The notes under the pieces are model-generated. The model made no database searches. It was not told the origin of the DNA and was given only the letters and a program-made list of their open reading frames with translations. Positions 9,481 to 20,431 of a stretch of 64,000 nucleotides of DNA are shown piece after piece. The stretch is from Nitrospirota bacterium (GTDB lineage Bacteria > Nitrospirota > UBA9217): NCBI GenBank assembly GCA_963796285.1, contig CAWCKW010000012.1, forward strand, positions 896,001 through 960,000, in the 5' to 3' direction. Made by a program: the position numbers and the translations under genes. Position 1 is the stretch's first letter; each line of letters begins with the position of its first letter.

Positions 9481-11628
9481 CTACCCCGTCCTGACTCTCT
9501 TCACATCAATGACCCCATTTATTGCCTCGATATTCTTGATGATCCTGTTCAGATGCTCCACGTCTTTAATTTCGATGGTAAAGTTGAGGGTGGCTTGTTG
9601 TTCCGCACCGGTAATCGCCTCGGCATGCGTGATGTTTGCCTCTGCCGCACTGATGGATGATGAGACGCCGGCAAGGAGGCCCGGCTTGTCCTCGGTCCGG
9701 ACGGATATTTTGACCGAATGCGCCACAGCCTGCAGATCGCCCCAGGACACGTCGACGATCCTGTCTTTATCAAAGGTAAGATCACCAATGTTCGTACAGT
9801 CCGCAGTATGGACGGAGACCCCTCTCCCCCTGGTGATAAATCCGATTATTTTGTCGCCTGGCACCGGATTACAGCACTTGGAAAGGTGGATCATCATATT
9901 GTCCATGCCGCTGATCTTCATGCCTCCGGATGGGGTTTTTGCGAGCTTCTGGGGCGGTTTTTTGGGAATCGGCTCTATATGCGGCTTCTCAGGCGCAAGC
10001 TTGTTCGCCACCATGTGCGCGGACACCTTGCCGTAGCCGATGGATGCCAGCAAGTCTTCGATCGAGTTCTGGGACAGCTCGTTCGCGACAACCGGGAGTT
10101 CTGTTGATTTAAACACTTTGGAGGGGCTGAGTTCGTGCTTGCGAAGCTCTTTTTCGAGCAATTCCTTCCCCAGCAGGATGCTCCGCTTGCGCTCATCGAC
10201 CTTGAGCCATGCCTTGATCCTGGTCCTGGCCCTTGAAGTCTTGACGAACTTGAGCCAGTCGCGGCTTGGCGTGTGGCCGGTCTGGGTGATGACCTCTATC
10301 TTGTCTCCGTTGCGGAGCACATGTTTGAGCGGCACGATCTTGCCGTTGACCTTTGCTCCTACGCACTGGTTGCCGATATCGGTATGTACGGAGTAGGCAA
10401 AATCCACGGGAGTAGAGCCCTGCGGCAGCTCTTTCACATCCCCCCGCGGTGTAAAAACATAGACCACGTCCGGGAACAGGTCGCCCTTGACCGTTTCCAT
10501 GAACTCCCTGGCGTCCGGGACGTCCTTCTGCCATTCAAGGAGCTGCCTGAGCCACGCATACTGCTGCTCTTCGCGCTGGCTGATGGCTGATTTTTCCTTG
10601 TACCGCCAGTGCGCGGCGATCCCTTCCTCTGCAATGCGATGCATTTCATCGGTGCGGATCTGGAACTCGACGCGCTCTCCTTTAGGGCCGATGACCGTGG
10701 TATGGAGCGACTGATAGAGGTTGGACTTGGGAACACCAATAAAATCCTTAAATCGCCCCGGTACGGGCGTCCAGAGCGAATGGATAAGCCCGAGGATGGC
10801 GTAGCAATTCGCCTTGGTATCGGTGATGATCCGGATCGCGATCAGGTCGTAAATGTCCTCAAAGGCGATCCCCTGCTTTTGCATCTTCTGGTAGATGCTG
10901 TAGAAGTGTTTTGGCCTGCCCTTCACCTCAGCTTTATACCCGTGCTCCGCGAGCTGGCGTTTCATGACATCTATGAGTTCATTGATATAGGACTCGCGCT
11001 CGACACGGCGCTGGTTGACCTTCTGGACCAGGTCCTGGTACGCTTCGGGATTAAGGTACATGAACGATAGGTCTTCAAGCTCGATCTTGATCCTGGAGAT
11101 ACCCATGCGATTGGCGAGGGGGGCGTAAATATCGAGCGTTTCCTGGGCAATACGCTTCTGTTTCTCCGGCGAGAGGTGACTAAGCGTCCGCATGTTGTGA
11201 AGCCGGTCTGCCAGCTTGATCAGGATCACCCTGATGTCCTTGGCCATGGCCACGATCATCTTGCGAAAGTTCTCAGCCTCGCGCTGCTCGCGGCTCTGAA
11301 GCTCCATGCGGGAGATCTTTGTCATGCCTTCCACCAGCCTCGCTACCTCTTCACCGAACATTACTTTGAGCTCGTCAGGCGTGGCGGTGGTATCTTCGAT
11401 CGTGTCGTGAAGCAGGCCGGCTGCAACCGTGGCCGCATCGAGCTTGAGGTTGGCGAGGATGGCGGCTACTTCGATAGGATGGTTGAGATAGGATTCACCA
11501 GAAAGCCGCGTCTGTCCCTGATGGACCTTTGCCGAGAAGATGTAGGCGCGCCTCAGAAGGTCCACATCCGCGTCGGGGTTGTAGTTCTGGATCCGTTCAA
11601 CTATGTCTTCGAGGCGAACTGCAGGCAT
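9481..11628 (-). CDS. relA/spoT: Bifunctional (p)ppGpp synthase/hydrolase
   Basis: HD motif LHDTIED, YQSLHT, EFQIRT, TGS and ACT domains. Confidence 0.97.
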   Translation of the reverse strand: MPAVRLEDIVERIQNYNPDADVDLLRRAYIFSAKVHQGQTRLSGESYLNHPIEVAAILANLKLDAATVAAGLLHDTIEDTTATPDELKVMFGEEVARLVEGMTKISRMELQSREQREAENFRKMIVAMAKDIRVILIKLADRLHNMRTLSHLSPEKQKRIAQETLDIYAPLANRMGISRIKIELEDLSFMYLNPEAYQDLVQKVNQRRVERESYINELIDVMKRQLAEHGYKAEVKGRPKHFYSIYQKMQKQGIAFEDIYDLIAIRIITDTKANCYAILGLIHSLWTPVPGRFKDFIGVPKSNLYQSLHTTVIGPKGERVEFQIRTDEMHRIAEEGIAAHWRYKEKSAISQREEQQYAWLRQLLEWQKDVPDAREFMETVKGDLFPDVVYVFTPRGDVKELPQGSTPVDFAYSVHTDIGNQCVGAKVNGKIVPLKHVLRNGDKIEVITQTGHTPSRDWLKFVKTSRARTRIKAWLKVDERKRSILLGKELLEKELRKHELSPSKVFKSTELPVVANELSQNSIEDLLASIGYGKVSAHMVANKLAPEKPHIEPIPKKPPQKLAKTPSGGMKISGMDNMMIHLSKCCNPVPGDKIIGFITRGRGVSVHTADCTNIGDLTFDKDRIVDVSWGDLQAVAHSVKISVRTEDKPGLLAGVSSSISAAEANITHAEAITGAEQQATLNFTIEIKDVEHLNRIIKNIEAINGVIDVKRVRTG

Positions 11629-11676
11629 GAGTCATACCTCAACTATCTCTATTCAGTGCACAGATCCGGTAGATAA

Positions 11677-11790
11677 AGTTCAAATTCCAAGGTGAAAATG
11701 CCAAATCAAACGACAATGACAAAGAATCAAGCTGTTTGATGTTTTGGGTCTTGAAATTGATTTGAACTTTGAGTTGTGATATTTGTCATT
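11677..11790. repeat. Degenerate inverted short-repeat array in the rel-recJ spacer
   Basis: CAAAT/CAAAG units facing TTTGA/TTTGT units. Confidence 0.5.
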
Positions 11791-11829
11791 CACTCAAATC
11801 AGCGACCGCAGCGATCTTAGTGGTGAAAA

Positions 11830-13606
11830 TCATTTTTCGGTCTTGATGTCCCGTATTTCCAATTCCACAGCCGTCTTCCCATTCCAGACATTGAGGCGCG
11901 GGGTGAACACCGCGGCAAGCCGCGCTCCGTCCCTCACCTGGTTCCCGAGAAGATTGCCGCGGTTGAATGCGATGGCATCAAGAAAAACACCGCTCTGCTG
12001 CCGTAAGCGCACTTTCAGATGATTGTTGCCCACGATACGCGAAGAAACCACGCTGAGGTCCCGCGCGCCGAGCCGGGGCTCGGGATTGCCCTGTCCAAAG
12101 GGCGCCAGTTTTTCCATCTTCTCCATCAGGTCGAACGTCAATTCGTCGAGTGTCACGGCGCTGTCCACCGAGAGCGTACGCACGAATCCCTGAGTGCCGA
12201 TCCTTTCCAGGACAAGAGCGCTCAGCCGCTCGCGGAACTTCGGGATATTTTCCTGTGCTATGGTGAAACCCGCGGCATATTTGTGTCCACCGAATCCCAA
12301 CAGCAGGTCTTTGCACCTCACCAGGCCTTCATAGAGGTCAAAGCCGGGGATGCTCCGGGCCGAACCCTTTCCCACGCCGTCCTTGACGGAGATGAGCGCC
12401 GTGGGGCGGTAGAACTCCTCGACGATCCGCGAGGCAACGATGCCGATGACCCCCGCGTGCCACTCCTCGGATGACAGCACGAGCGCTCCTGCAGCATCGG
12501 TATCCGTCATACGACAGAGCCTGCGGGCGTCTTCCCATATTCCCATTTCCACGGACTGGCGCTCCTTGTTCACCACGTCGAGCGCCGTAGCAAGTTTCAA
12601 AGCCTCTTCCCGCGAGCTTGTAGTGAGCAGCTGAAATGCCGTATCAGCCCTCTCCAGCCTGCCGCTCGCGTTGATCCTCGGCGCGAGCGTGAAACCGACG
12701 ATGCCCACGCCGATCTTTTTATTGTCCAGCCTCGATACCTGCTTCAGCGCCGCAATCCCCGGCCGCTGCAATTCCGCGTCCTGACGAAAGCCGGTCAAGG
12801 CCGTGTTTCACGAGTATCCGGTTCTCACCCGAGATACTGCCCACATCAGCGACGGTACCGAGGGTCACGAGGTCGAGATAGGTCGTCAGGCGCTCATCAT
12901 CGAGACTCACACCCAGAAGGGCCTGGGCCAGCTTAAAGGCGATGCCTACGCCCGTCAGTCCGCGTACGGACGCGCGGAGAGCAGGTGAAACGCCTGGCGA
13001 CAGAAGACCGGGATGGAGGACCGCGTAAGCATTGGGGAGAATAACATCGTCAGAATTGTGTGACGCGTTTAAACTGTCAGAACCGTTCGAACGGTTTAAA
13101 CGCTCAAATTCATGGTGGTCCGTGATGATCAGATCCAGACCTATTGAACGGGCTCGTTCTGCCTCACGGAGAGCGGTGATACCGCAATCAACTGAAATGA
13201 CGAGATGGACGCCGGCGGTCTGTAATGCTTCAAGGGCCTTTGCGTTCAGCCCGTATCCCTCGGACATCCTGTCCGGTATGTAGCAGTCCACCTTGGCGCC
13301 CAATTCCTTGAGCGCGAGGTACAGGAGGGAGGCACCGGTCACGCCGTCGACATCATAGTCTCCATACACCACGATCCTTTCACTGCTGACGATAGCTGAA
13401 CGTATCCGTCCAACGGCTTTTTCCATCTGAATGAAGATGCCGGGGTCGGACAACGTTGACAAATCGCAGGCAAGAAACGACAATGCGGCCTTGGGTTCTG
13501 TAATGCCCCGGTTGACCATTAGCCTGGCAATGAGCGGATGCAGTCCAGCCTGTTCGGCGAGCGCGGCCGTACAAACATCATCAGCCTCTGCAAGGACCCA
13601 TTTCAT
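11830..13606 (-). CDS. recJ: ssDNA exonuclease RecJ (frameshift near 12780)
   Basis: YGDYDVDG, VDCG, TDHH, LAPRINASGR, GSARS, GGH and PFGQGNPEP. Confidence 0.95.
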
Positions 13607-13627
13607 ACCCTGCCGGACCTTCGTCAA

Positions 13628-13813
13628 TCAGGATTTGCCTTCTTTTTTATCTGTATCCTTCGCGCTTTCGTTTGCATCGGAAGAAATGCCCTTCTTGAAC
13701 CCCTTGATGGCTTTTCCGAGCCCTTCGCCCAGCTGCGGCAGGCGATTCGCGCCAAAAATTACCAGTACAATTACCAAAATGACGATCAGCTCCGGCATTC
13801 CAAGTCCAAACAT
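13628..13813 (-). CDS. tatA: Twin-arginine translocase TatA
   Basis: TM helix, [21 protein letters not shown]. Confidence 0.95.
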   Translation of the reverse strand: MFGLGMPELIVILVIVLVIFGANRLPQLGEGLGKAIKGFKKGISSDANESAKDTDKKEGKS

Positions 13814-14377
13814 GCTGCCTCCTTGTATTCCTCTGGCGTATTAAGATTTTTTAACGATCGTTTTTCCGGATCGTAGCGAACGATCTCTGATTCCGTTACA
13901 TACAGCACCCGTGCTTCATTGAAGATCCCCTGGATCTGACGGGCATCCTCGTGGAGCCGCTCTCTCGATAAGCGGCAGCAGCCCTTTCGAGTAGATCGCA
14001 TGGAGCGGTTCGACACGACCGGCCACCCTCGGCACAACAATGTCATAACCCTGGACAAGACCGGCCATATACGAGATAAGACCCGGGTTCAAAAAAGGCA
14101 TGTCGCAGGCCACCACAAAGTTATATTCATCCGTCGAGTGAAGGAGACCCGAATAGATGCCTGTAAGCGGCCCCCGCTTGTCAACGGCATCAGTGATTAC
14201 GACGGCATCGTACGAGACATAGGCCGACGGGGTGTTGGTAACGATAATGGTCTTCGGGAAAATACCACGAAGCGTCCGCAGCACATGCTCGATCAGAGGA
14301 ACACCATCAAGTTTGAGGAATGCCTTGTCCCTGCCCATGCGACGGTTTTCACCGCCTGAAAGCACAATGCCTGTCAT
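13786..14377 (-). CDS. mobA: Molybdenum cofactor guanylyltransferase (frameshift near 13955)
   Basis: [25 protein letters not shown] and NLNTPEE. Confidence 0.92.
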
Positions 14378-14547
14378 GTTTAAAATTACAGCATTTACCA
14401 TGAGGTGTCAACTAAGAACTTGAGCTTTTTCATTGTGATATCCGATAATAGTGCTGAACAGTGCTAGTTTATGTACGCCCGAAAAGAAACATGATACGCG
14501 AATGTGGCAAAGTAAGTTTATACAAACAAGAAAATAATGACTTCATG

Positions 14548-14576
14548 TTGACATGATTGTTTATTTGACCTATATT
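14548..14576 (+). promoter_or_regulatory. Sigma70-type promoter for the cytochrome-rhodanese genes
   Basis: TTGACA-17 nt-TATATT. Confidence 0.65.
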
Positions 14577-14667
14577 TATTCCTATATGTGACCATTTCGT
14601 TGGTTTTTATGATATTTTTTAATTATTTTCTTGGCAATCTAAACTAACCAAACTAAGGAGGCCACTA

Positions 14668-15930
14668 ATGTTTAAAACAAAACATATGATAGCCGCAGGT
14701 TATGTCATGTTGATGATGTTTATGATGTTACCATCTGTTGCTAAAGCGGATGATTTTCTCGACAAGACCAAGGCTGAGAGGGAAAAAACCCGGGCTTTCC
14801 TGGTAGAACTCGGGGCAACAAAAGAAGAGGCCACCAAAATCGTTCCAAAAGATGAGGATTGTGCCGTATGCCATCTTGACCAATTCAAAGAGTGGGCCCA
14901 GGATGCTCCGCACTATCAGGGGATATCCTTCGCCAGGGTCGCCTATAACCATTTTGTACGTGACATGAAGGCGAATGGCCTGAAAACCGACCAAAAGGTC
15001 ATGGCCTCTTGCGACCGCTGTCATGCACCCACCCTTCATCGGTACGGGTCCGAGAAACTGTATGCGGCGATCACGAATATCATCGGCGAAGATACGGAAG
15101 ATGCAAAGACAAAGGCTAACGAAAAGATCACTGCCCTGAGATCCATCGGCGTAGGCTGCATTGAATGCCACACCGCACAGCTGACAGGCGGAAACCAGGA
15201 AGGGCCACGGTATGGCACGAAGAAAGATGCAAAATCGCCCCATGAAACGAAGTATGCCCCGGAAATGGCCAAGAGCGAGTTCTGCGGGAAATGTCATGCC
15301 ATGAATGCAAAGGATAGCGAAGCGATCAGAGGTGCCAAGATCGGAAAGACGCAGCTTATCTGGTGCGCGCTTAATTATGACGACTGGAAGCTCGGGGGTT
15401 CAAAACAACAGTGCCAGGACTGTCACATGGAAAAAACAGGCGGCCGGCACAACCACAGCTTCCCGGGATCGAACAACACTGAATTCCTGAAAAAGGCGGT
15501 CGATCTTTCCATTTCCGGAATGAGGTTGAGCGATGAAATCGCCGGGGTGAAGGTGACGGTGCATAGTAACGCAGGACATATCTTCCCGGAGGGCTGCATC
15601 CTCTTAGCCGATGTCGTGTTGTCGCTCACCGTGAAAGATGATACCGGGAAAACAGTGCTCTCCACGGAGCGGACCTGGTATTCTGAGTCAAATGGCTTCC
15701 TCCCCCTCGTGTTCTCACCGGAATTAAAAGAGGTCCCGAGAACGCCGGCGGTCTGGACGGTCGACGACTATATACGTTCCTTTGCCGTTCAGATGGGCGA
15801 TAATATTGTTGACACCTCCTTTTACATCGCGGCCGGCACTAAGAAACTGACCGTAGAAGCCGCTATGGGTTACCGGCAAAAAGATAAGACGGTTCCGATG
15901 ACTAAGGTCACCAAAGAAATAACCCTGTAG
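14668..15930 (+). CDS. Periplasmic pentaheme cytochrome c, ExtKL/MccSep-like (Cys form)
   Basis: Signal peptide; CAVCH, CDRCH, CIECH, CGKCH and CQDCH; extra Cys in WCALNY and GHIFPEGC. Confidence 0.8.
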   Translation: MFKTKHMIAAGYVMLMMFMMLPSVAKADDFLDKTKAEREKTRAFLVELGATKEEATKIVPKDEDCAVCHLDQFKEWAQDAPHYQGISFARVAYNHFVRDMKANGLKTDQKVMASCDRCHAPTLHRYGSEKLYAAITNIIGEDTEDAKTKANEKITALRSIGVGCIECHTAQLTGGNQEGPRYGTKKDAKSPHETKYAPEMAKSEFCGKCHAMNAKDSEAIRGAKIGKTQLIWCALNYDDWKLGGSKQQCQDCHMEKTGGRHNHSFPGSNNTEFLKKAVDLSISGMRLSDEIAGVKVTVHSNAGHIFPEGCILLADVVLSLTVKDDTGKTVLSTERTWYSESNGFLPLVFSPELKEVPRTPAVWTVDDYIRSFAVQMGDNIVDTSFYIAAGTKKLTVEAAMGYRQKDKTVPMTKVTKEITL

Positions 15931-15989
15931 GCCGACAACGAGGGGGACACTGTCCCCCTCCTCAATTTCACAACAAAGAGAGAGGATCC

Positions 15990-16562
15990 ATGAATATAAA
16001 GCTGCTGTCCGCACTGCTGATCTCATGTGCGTTCATGATGGCCCTTACCGTCTACTCACCGCTTCAGGCGGGCAGCGGGCCGGACGAGGTCCTGTCCGCG
16101 CTCGAAAAGACCTTCGATATGATACCCGAAGACGGGTATATCATCTCTGCCGATACCCTGTACACCAGAATGAAATCAGGCAAACAGGATTTTGTGATCA
16201 TTGATACCCGTCCGCATATAGAAGATTTTGAAGCTGGTCATCTTCCCGGCGCTCTCTTTGTCCCCTGGCGGGAAATCGTCAAGGAGGACAGTCTCAAAAA
16301 GCTGCCCAAAGACAAGGACATTATTCTTTATTGCAGCACGGGACATCTGGAGAACCAATCTCTCATCGCATTGCGGACACTCGGCTACAAGGCCTATGCC
16401 TTAAAATGGGGAATGATGTCCTGGGCCGAGACAAGACAATCTGATCAGGCCCGGGAAGAGATAAACAAGGCCAGAAAGGCGGGTTATCCTGTCGAGAAAG
16501 GGATGGACGCCAAGCTCAGGGAAGAGTATAAGAAAAAGATGCTGCAACACATGGGCTGCTAA
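15990..16562 (+). CDS. Exported rhodanese-domain sulfurtransferase
   Basis: Signal peptide; IIDTR, GHLPGA, active-site loop YCSTGH; C-terminal GC. Confidence 0.9.
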   Translation: MNIKLLSALLISCAFMMALTVYSPLQAGSGPDEVLSALEKTFDMIPEDGYIISADTLYTRMKSGKQDFVIIDTRPHIEDFEAGHLPGALFVPWREIVKEDSLKKLPKDKDIILYCSTGHLENQSLIALRTLGYKAYALKWGMMSWAETRQSDQAREEINKARKAGYPVEKGMDAKLREEYKKKMLQHMGC

Positions 16563-16886
16563 ATAACCGCTATGCTTCTTTATCCGGCTTCCTGTCGAAG
16601 AATCAAAGACATCAAGATAATCTCTTGAGAAATGCCCGCCGCAGGTTCAGTGACTTGAAAATAACCTAAAATTTGAATTTTATATGTAATTCCGAGGTTG
16701 AAAAATGATTATATATGGTTTAATATCAATCATTATACGATTGCAATGGATATGGGGAAGGGACGGGTAGTGTTGACATGAACAATACAATCGTCTTTGT
16801 TCTACGGGTTCGCATCATCCCGGTTCGACGGCAGCCTATCTCATACCCGGCTTACTTGAGAGTATGCACTCTTCAGGAGCCTCGGC

Positions 16887-18671
16887 ATGAAAATACATAA
16901 CGTGATCAGTCATGCGGAGGATTTGCTCTCCGTGAATTACAAGGAGTCTTTGCTCAGGTACGTGGTCTTTCACCTGGATGATGTAGAAAGCGGGCATTCA
17001 GCGATCAGTCGGAAAAGGCTTCTTTTCCTCACCTTTTTTGTCTTGGCCGCTGTCGCCTCCGTATCAGTCGTCGAATGGCTCTTCATTCCAATGGCACACG
17101 ATCGCCTCTTTGTGGATGCTTCAAAACACGCGAACCTTGAAATATTCTGCGGTCTCATCTCAGGTATCATTGCATTTATCCTGACGTGGGAATATCAGGT
17201 TTCGGGAAAGAAGAACATACTCTGGCTTGTTTTTGCGTTTTTTTCGATGGGCATCCTCGACATTTTTCATGCTTTTTCCAACCATGATCACTACGCGTTT
17301 ATCTGGTTCCACTCTCTCAGCGCCTTCTATGGATCTGTATTCCTCGCGGTTTCAGCCTTTCAGAACGGGAAAATAAGCGACCCCGCAAGATCATCGTGGA
17401 CGAGAAGCGGTCATGTTGCATCGGGGTTCGTCTTGATCGTTCTAATCGCCCTGTTCGCCCTGCTGACCCCGAGATTGGACGAGTTCATTCCCAACGTCCT
17501 GTCAATGTCGCTGCCGCACAAGGTACGCGCGGTCGATGTGCGAGGACAATTCAGCAATCTCATTTATGCCGTCAATTTCATATCGGGCATATTGTATCTC
17601 CTTGTGGGCATCGTTTTCGTGAAGGGATTTCTGAAAACAAGCGACGTCATTTACCTGATCTTCGGGACCGCCGCGCTCCTTCTCTCTGAAAGCGAACTGC
17701 TGTTCGCGTTTTCAAACCTCTGGGACCCCCTCTGGTGGTACTGGCATATTATCAAGGTAATGATCTTTTCCGGCCTGCTCATAGGCCTTGCCTACGGTTT
17801 CACCCACACCGTCTACCGCCTTCATGAATCAAGGATAAAGCTTGCGGCCGTCCTTCGGGAGATCGAAAAGAAAAATTTCGAAATCCGCGATGCTTATGAT
17901 CGTCTGAAAGAAACACAGAAATATCTGAAGGAATCGGAAAAGTTTGCCTCCCTAGGCAAAATGTCCGCCATGGTGGCACATGAGATCAGAAATCCTCTCG
18001 GCGCCATTTCCAATTCCCTTGGTGCACTCAAGCGCTACAGCTCCATGGGCCGCGACGATCTCGAATTGATAGGGATCGTCGAGAAGGAAATGGACCGGCT
18101 CAACAACATGACCGAGGATTTTCTGAGCTTCGCCCGCCCGTCGCAGCTCAAGAAGGAGGCGACCGATATCCATCCCCTCATCGAGGAAACGATCGCGCTG
18201 CTCCGGAACGGCGAGAAGGGCTGGACGGAGGTCCGGATCGAGCGCTCCTTTGCGCCGGACATGCCGAGTCTGATGCTCGACGAGAACCGATTCAGGCAGA
18301 TCCTGCTCAACGTGCTGATCAATGCCCGGCAGGCGACGCCGGCGGGAGGAGAAATATCCATTTCAACACGGCTCAAACGGTCCGAGAACGAGGTGGAGAT
18401 CACGATCGCCGATACTGGTACCGGCATGTCCCAGGAAGTACTGTCGCAGGTTTTTCAACCTTTTTTCACGACAAAAGACTCTGGACTGGGCCTGGGGCTC
18501 AATATCGTGCACAAGATCGTGAAGGAACACGGTGGATACATACTTCTCTCGAGCACCCTGACTAAGGGGACCCATGTTCAGCTCATTTTTCCCGCCCCCG
18601 GGAAAGATGAGACCGCTAACGAAGATGTGAGCACGCATGAAGGGGAACGGCCGTTCCGAGGCGGGGAGTAA
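16887..18671 (+). CDS. Membrane sensor histidine kinase (MASE3-like multi-TM input)
   Basis: About 8 TM helices with HANLE and DIFH; H-box AHEIRNPL; N, G1, F and G2 boxes. Confidence 0.92.
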   Translation: MKIHNVISHAEDLLSVNYKESLLRYVVFHLDDVESGHSAISRKRLLFLTFFVLAAVASVSVVEWLFIPMAHDRLFVDASKHANLEIFCGLISGIIAFILTWEYQVSGKKNILWLVFAFFSMGILDIFHAFSNHDHYAFIWFHSLSAFYGSVFLAVSAFQNGKISDPARSSWTRSGHVASGFVLIVLIALFALLTPRLDEFIPNVLSMSLPHKVRAVDVRGQFSNLIYAVNFISGILYLLVGIVFVKGFLKTSDVIYLIFGTAALLLSESELLFAFSNLWDPLWWYWHIIKVMIFSGLLIGLAYGFTHTVYRLHESRIKLAAVLREIEKKNFEIRDAYDRLKETQKYLKESEKFASLGKMSAMVAHEIRNPLGAISNSLGALKRYSSMGRDDLELIGIVEKEMDRLNNMTEDFLSFARPSQLKKEATDIHPLIEETIALLRNGEKGWTEVRIERSFAPDMPSLMLDENRFRQILLNVLINARQATPAGGEISISTRLKRSENEVEITIADTGTGMSQEVLSQVFQPFFTTKDSGLGLGLNIVHKIVKEHGGYILLSSTLTKGTHVQLIFPAPGKDETANEDVSTHEGERPFRGGE

Positions 18672-20015
18672 ATGGCAAAGATACTGGTAATAGACGATCA
18701 GGACGGAATGAGGCGAAGCCTTGTGATCCTCTTGCGGAAAGAGGGTTATGCCGTGGAAGAAGCGGAAAACGGAGAGCGTGCCATTGCTCACCTCGGGTCA
18801 GGTCAATTCGATCTTGTTATCACTGACCTGAAAATGTCGCCGGGCACGGGACTCGACGTCCTGTATTATGTCCTCGAAAGACATCCTCAGACCGACGTGA
18901 TCATCATGACGGGGTACGGTACGGTCGATTCCGCCGTTCTGGCCATGAAACTCGGGGCCTTCGATTACATCGTAAAGCCTTTTAAGAACGAAGAGATACT
19001 CCACCGGGTAAGAAAGTCCCTTGCTCATAGAGAGTCGGAACGGGAGATAGCGGTCCTGCACACAAAAAAGGACATCGAGATCTCCATCCTCGGAGACAGC
19101 GATGCAACAAAAACGCTGATCGCCATGATACGCAAGATCGCTCTAGTTGACCTGACTGCCCTTATATCCGGAGAGACGGGTACAGGAAAGAACCTCGTTG
19201 CCAAAACAGTGCACAGCCTCAGTTCCAGGAGCGGGAAACCTTTTGTGGCCATAAACTGTTCGGCCATCCCGGAACACCTGCTGGAAAGCGAGCTGTTCGG
19301 CCATGCTAAGGGAGCGTTTACCGGGGCGATCCTTGAGAGGCAGGGTTTATTTGGAGCAGCGGATGGCGGGACCCTGTTCCTCGATGAGATCGGCGCCATG
19401 CCGTATGCCATGCAGGCAAAGCTGCTCGACGTCCTGCAGGAACATACGATCCGACGGCTCGGCGAGAACAAACAGAGGACTGTGGACGTCAGGATCATCG
19501 CTGCCACGAACCGGGACCTTGAACAGGCCATTGAGGACGGCACGTTCCGGGAAGACCTCTACTACCGTATCAAAGTCACCCGAGTTCACATCCGGCCGCT
19601 CAGGGAGAAGCCTGATGATATTCCCGTCCTGACCCGGCACTTTTTAGACGACGTCAGAATCCTTCATCAAAAGCCTGATATTGACCTGTCGCCGGATGCA
19701 CTGGAATTCCTTCTTCGGTATGATTTTCCCGGGAACGTGCGTGAACTGCAGAACATCATAACCAGCGCAGCCGCACTCGCAACTGGGTCCCTGATCACGG
19801 TGCCCGATTTGTCTCTCGGGTTTACGAACCAGCTGTTTGATGTTTCCGTCGGAACGACAGGTGAGGCAAATCCCGGCACCCTGGAAGAATGGGAAAAAGA
19901 TATCATCGTGAAGAGCATCGAAAGAAACAACCATAATCTCGGAAAGGTATGCAGCGAACTGGGAACCAGCAGGACAACGCTCTGGCGTAAGATGAATAAA
20001 TACGGTATTACATGA
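18672..20015 (+). CDS. Sigma54-dependent response regulator (NtrC family)
   Basis: Receiver domain, GETGTGK, GAFTGA, FLDEI and C-terminal Fis-type HTH. Confidence 0.96.
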   Translation: MAKILVIDDQDGMRRSLVILLRKEGYAVEEAENGERAIAHLGSGQFDLVITDLKMSPGTGLDVLYYVLERHPQTDVIIMTGYGTVDSAVLAMKLGAFDYIVKPFKNEEILHRVRKSLAHRESEREIAVLHTKKDIEISILGDSDATKTLIAMIRKIALVDLTALISGETGTGKNLVAKTVHSLSSRSGKPFVAINCSAIPEHLLESELFGHAKGAFTGAILERQGLFGAADGGTLFLDEIGAMPYAMQAKLLDVLQEHTIRRLGENKQRTVDVRIIAATNRDLEQAIEDGTFREDLYYRIKVTRVHIRPLREKPDDIPVLTRHFLDDVRILHQKPDIDLSPDALEFLLRYDFPGNVRELQNIITSAAALATGSLITVPDLSLGFTNQLFDVSVGTTGEANPGTLEEWEKDIIVKSIERNNHNLGKVCSELGTSRTTLWRKMNKYGIT

Positions 20016-20019
20016 AAAC

Positions 20020-20316
20020 CTACTTGAGCCAGCCGACCAGATCTATCGTTAAATGGAAGTTCTGACCTTCTTCTTCCCGGACCATCTGGTAAAACCTGCA
20101 TTTCCGGCAATCCTCATATTTCCTGGCAAAGCTCCCCTGGGCCTCTCCACCGCACATCGTGCCCGCAATGATCCAACATACCCGGCCCGCATTTTCCCCT
20201 CCATGAGTACTGTCAAGCTTAGCGCAAGTCACGGCAGGGCATACCCCGAGCACTGCCGCATTGCTCCCTCCGGATTCTCTCCCGCACTTCATGACTTCCC
20301 AGCAGTTCTTCTTCAT
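20020..20316 (-). CDS. Small Cys-rich two-CW-domain protein
   Basis: NCWEVMKCGRE...CPA...CWIIAGTMC...CRKCRFY. Confidence 0.85.
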   Translation of the reverse strand: MKKNCWEVMKCGRESGGSNAAVLGVCPAVTCAKLDSTHGGENAGRVCWIIAGTMCGGEAQGSFARKYEDCRKCRFYQMVREEEGQNFHLTIDLVGWLK

Positions 20317-20431
20317 TTCTCAGTCCTCCGCCGGACATTTTCTTTGTGCCCCTTCTGCCGCTCATAACCGCGAACCGCTTGTGAATATTCTTTGACGCTA
20401 TATATTACCACTATAGCTTTTTAAATAAAGC

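Noticed and set aside
1220-13606. Frameshifts in infB, nusA and recJ (also mobA, the MacB ATPase and feoB) as programmed recoding or pseudogenes
   Set aside because: They are scattered single-base indels in otherwise intact, partly essential genes with no shared slippery motif; uncorrected long-read error is the simplest explanation.
14668-16562. Selenocysteine readthrough
   Set aside because: The relevant codons are TGC and the stops are TAG/TAA; no in-frame TGA.
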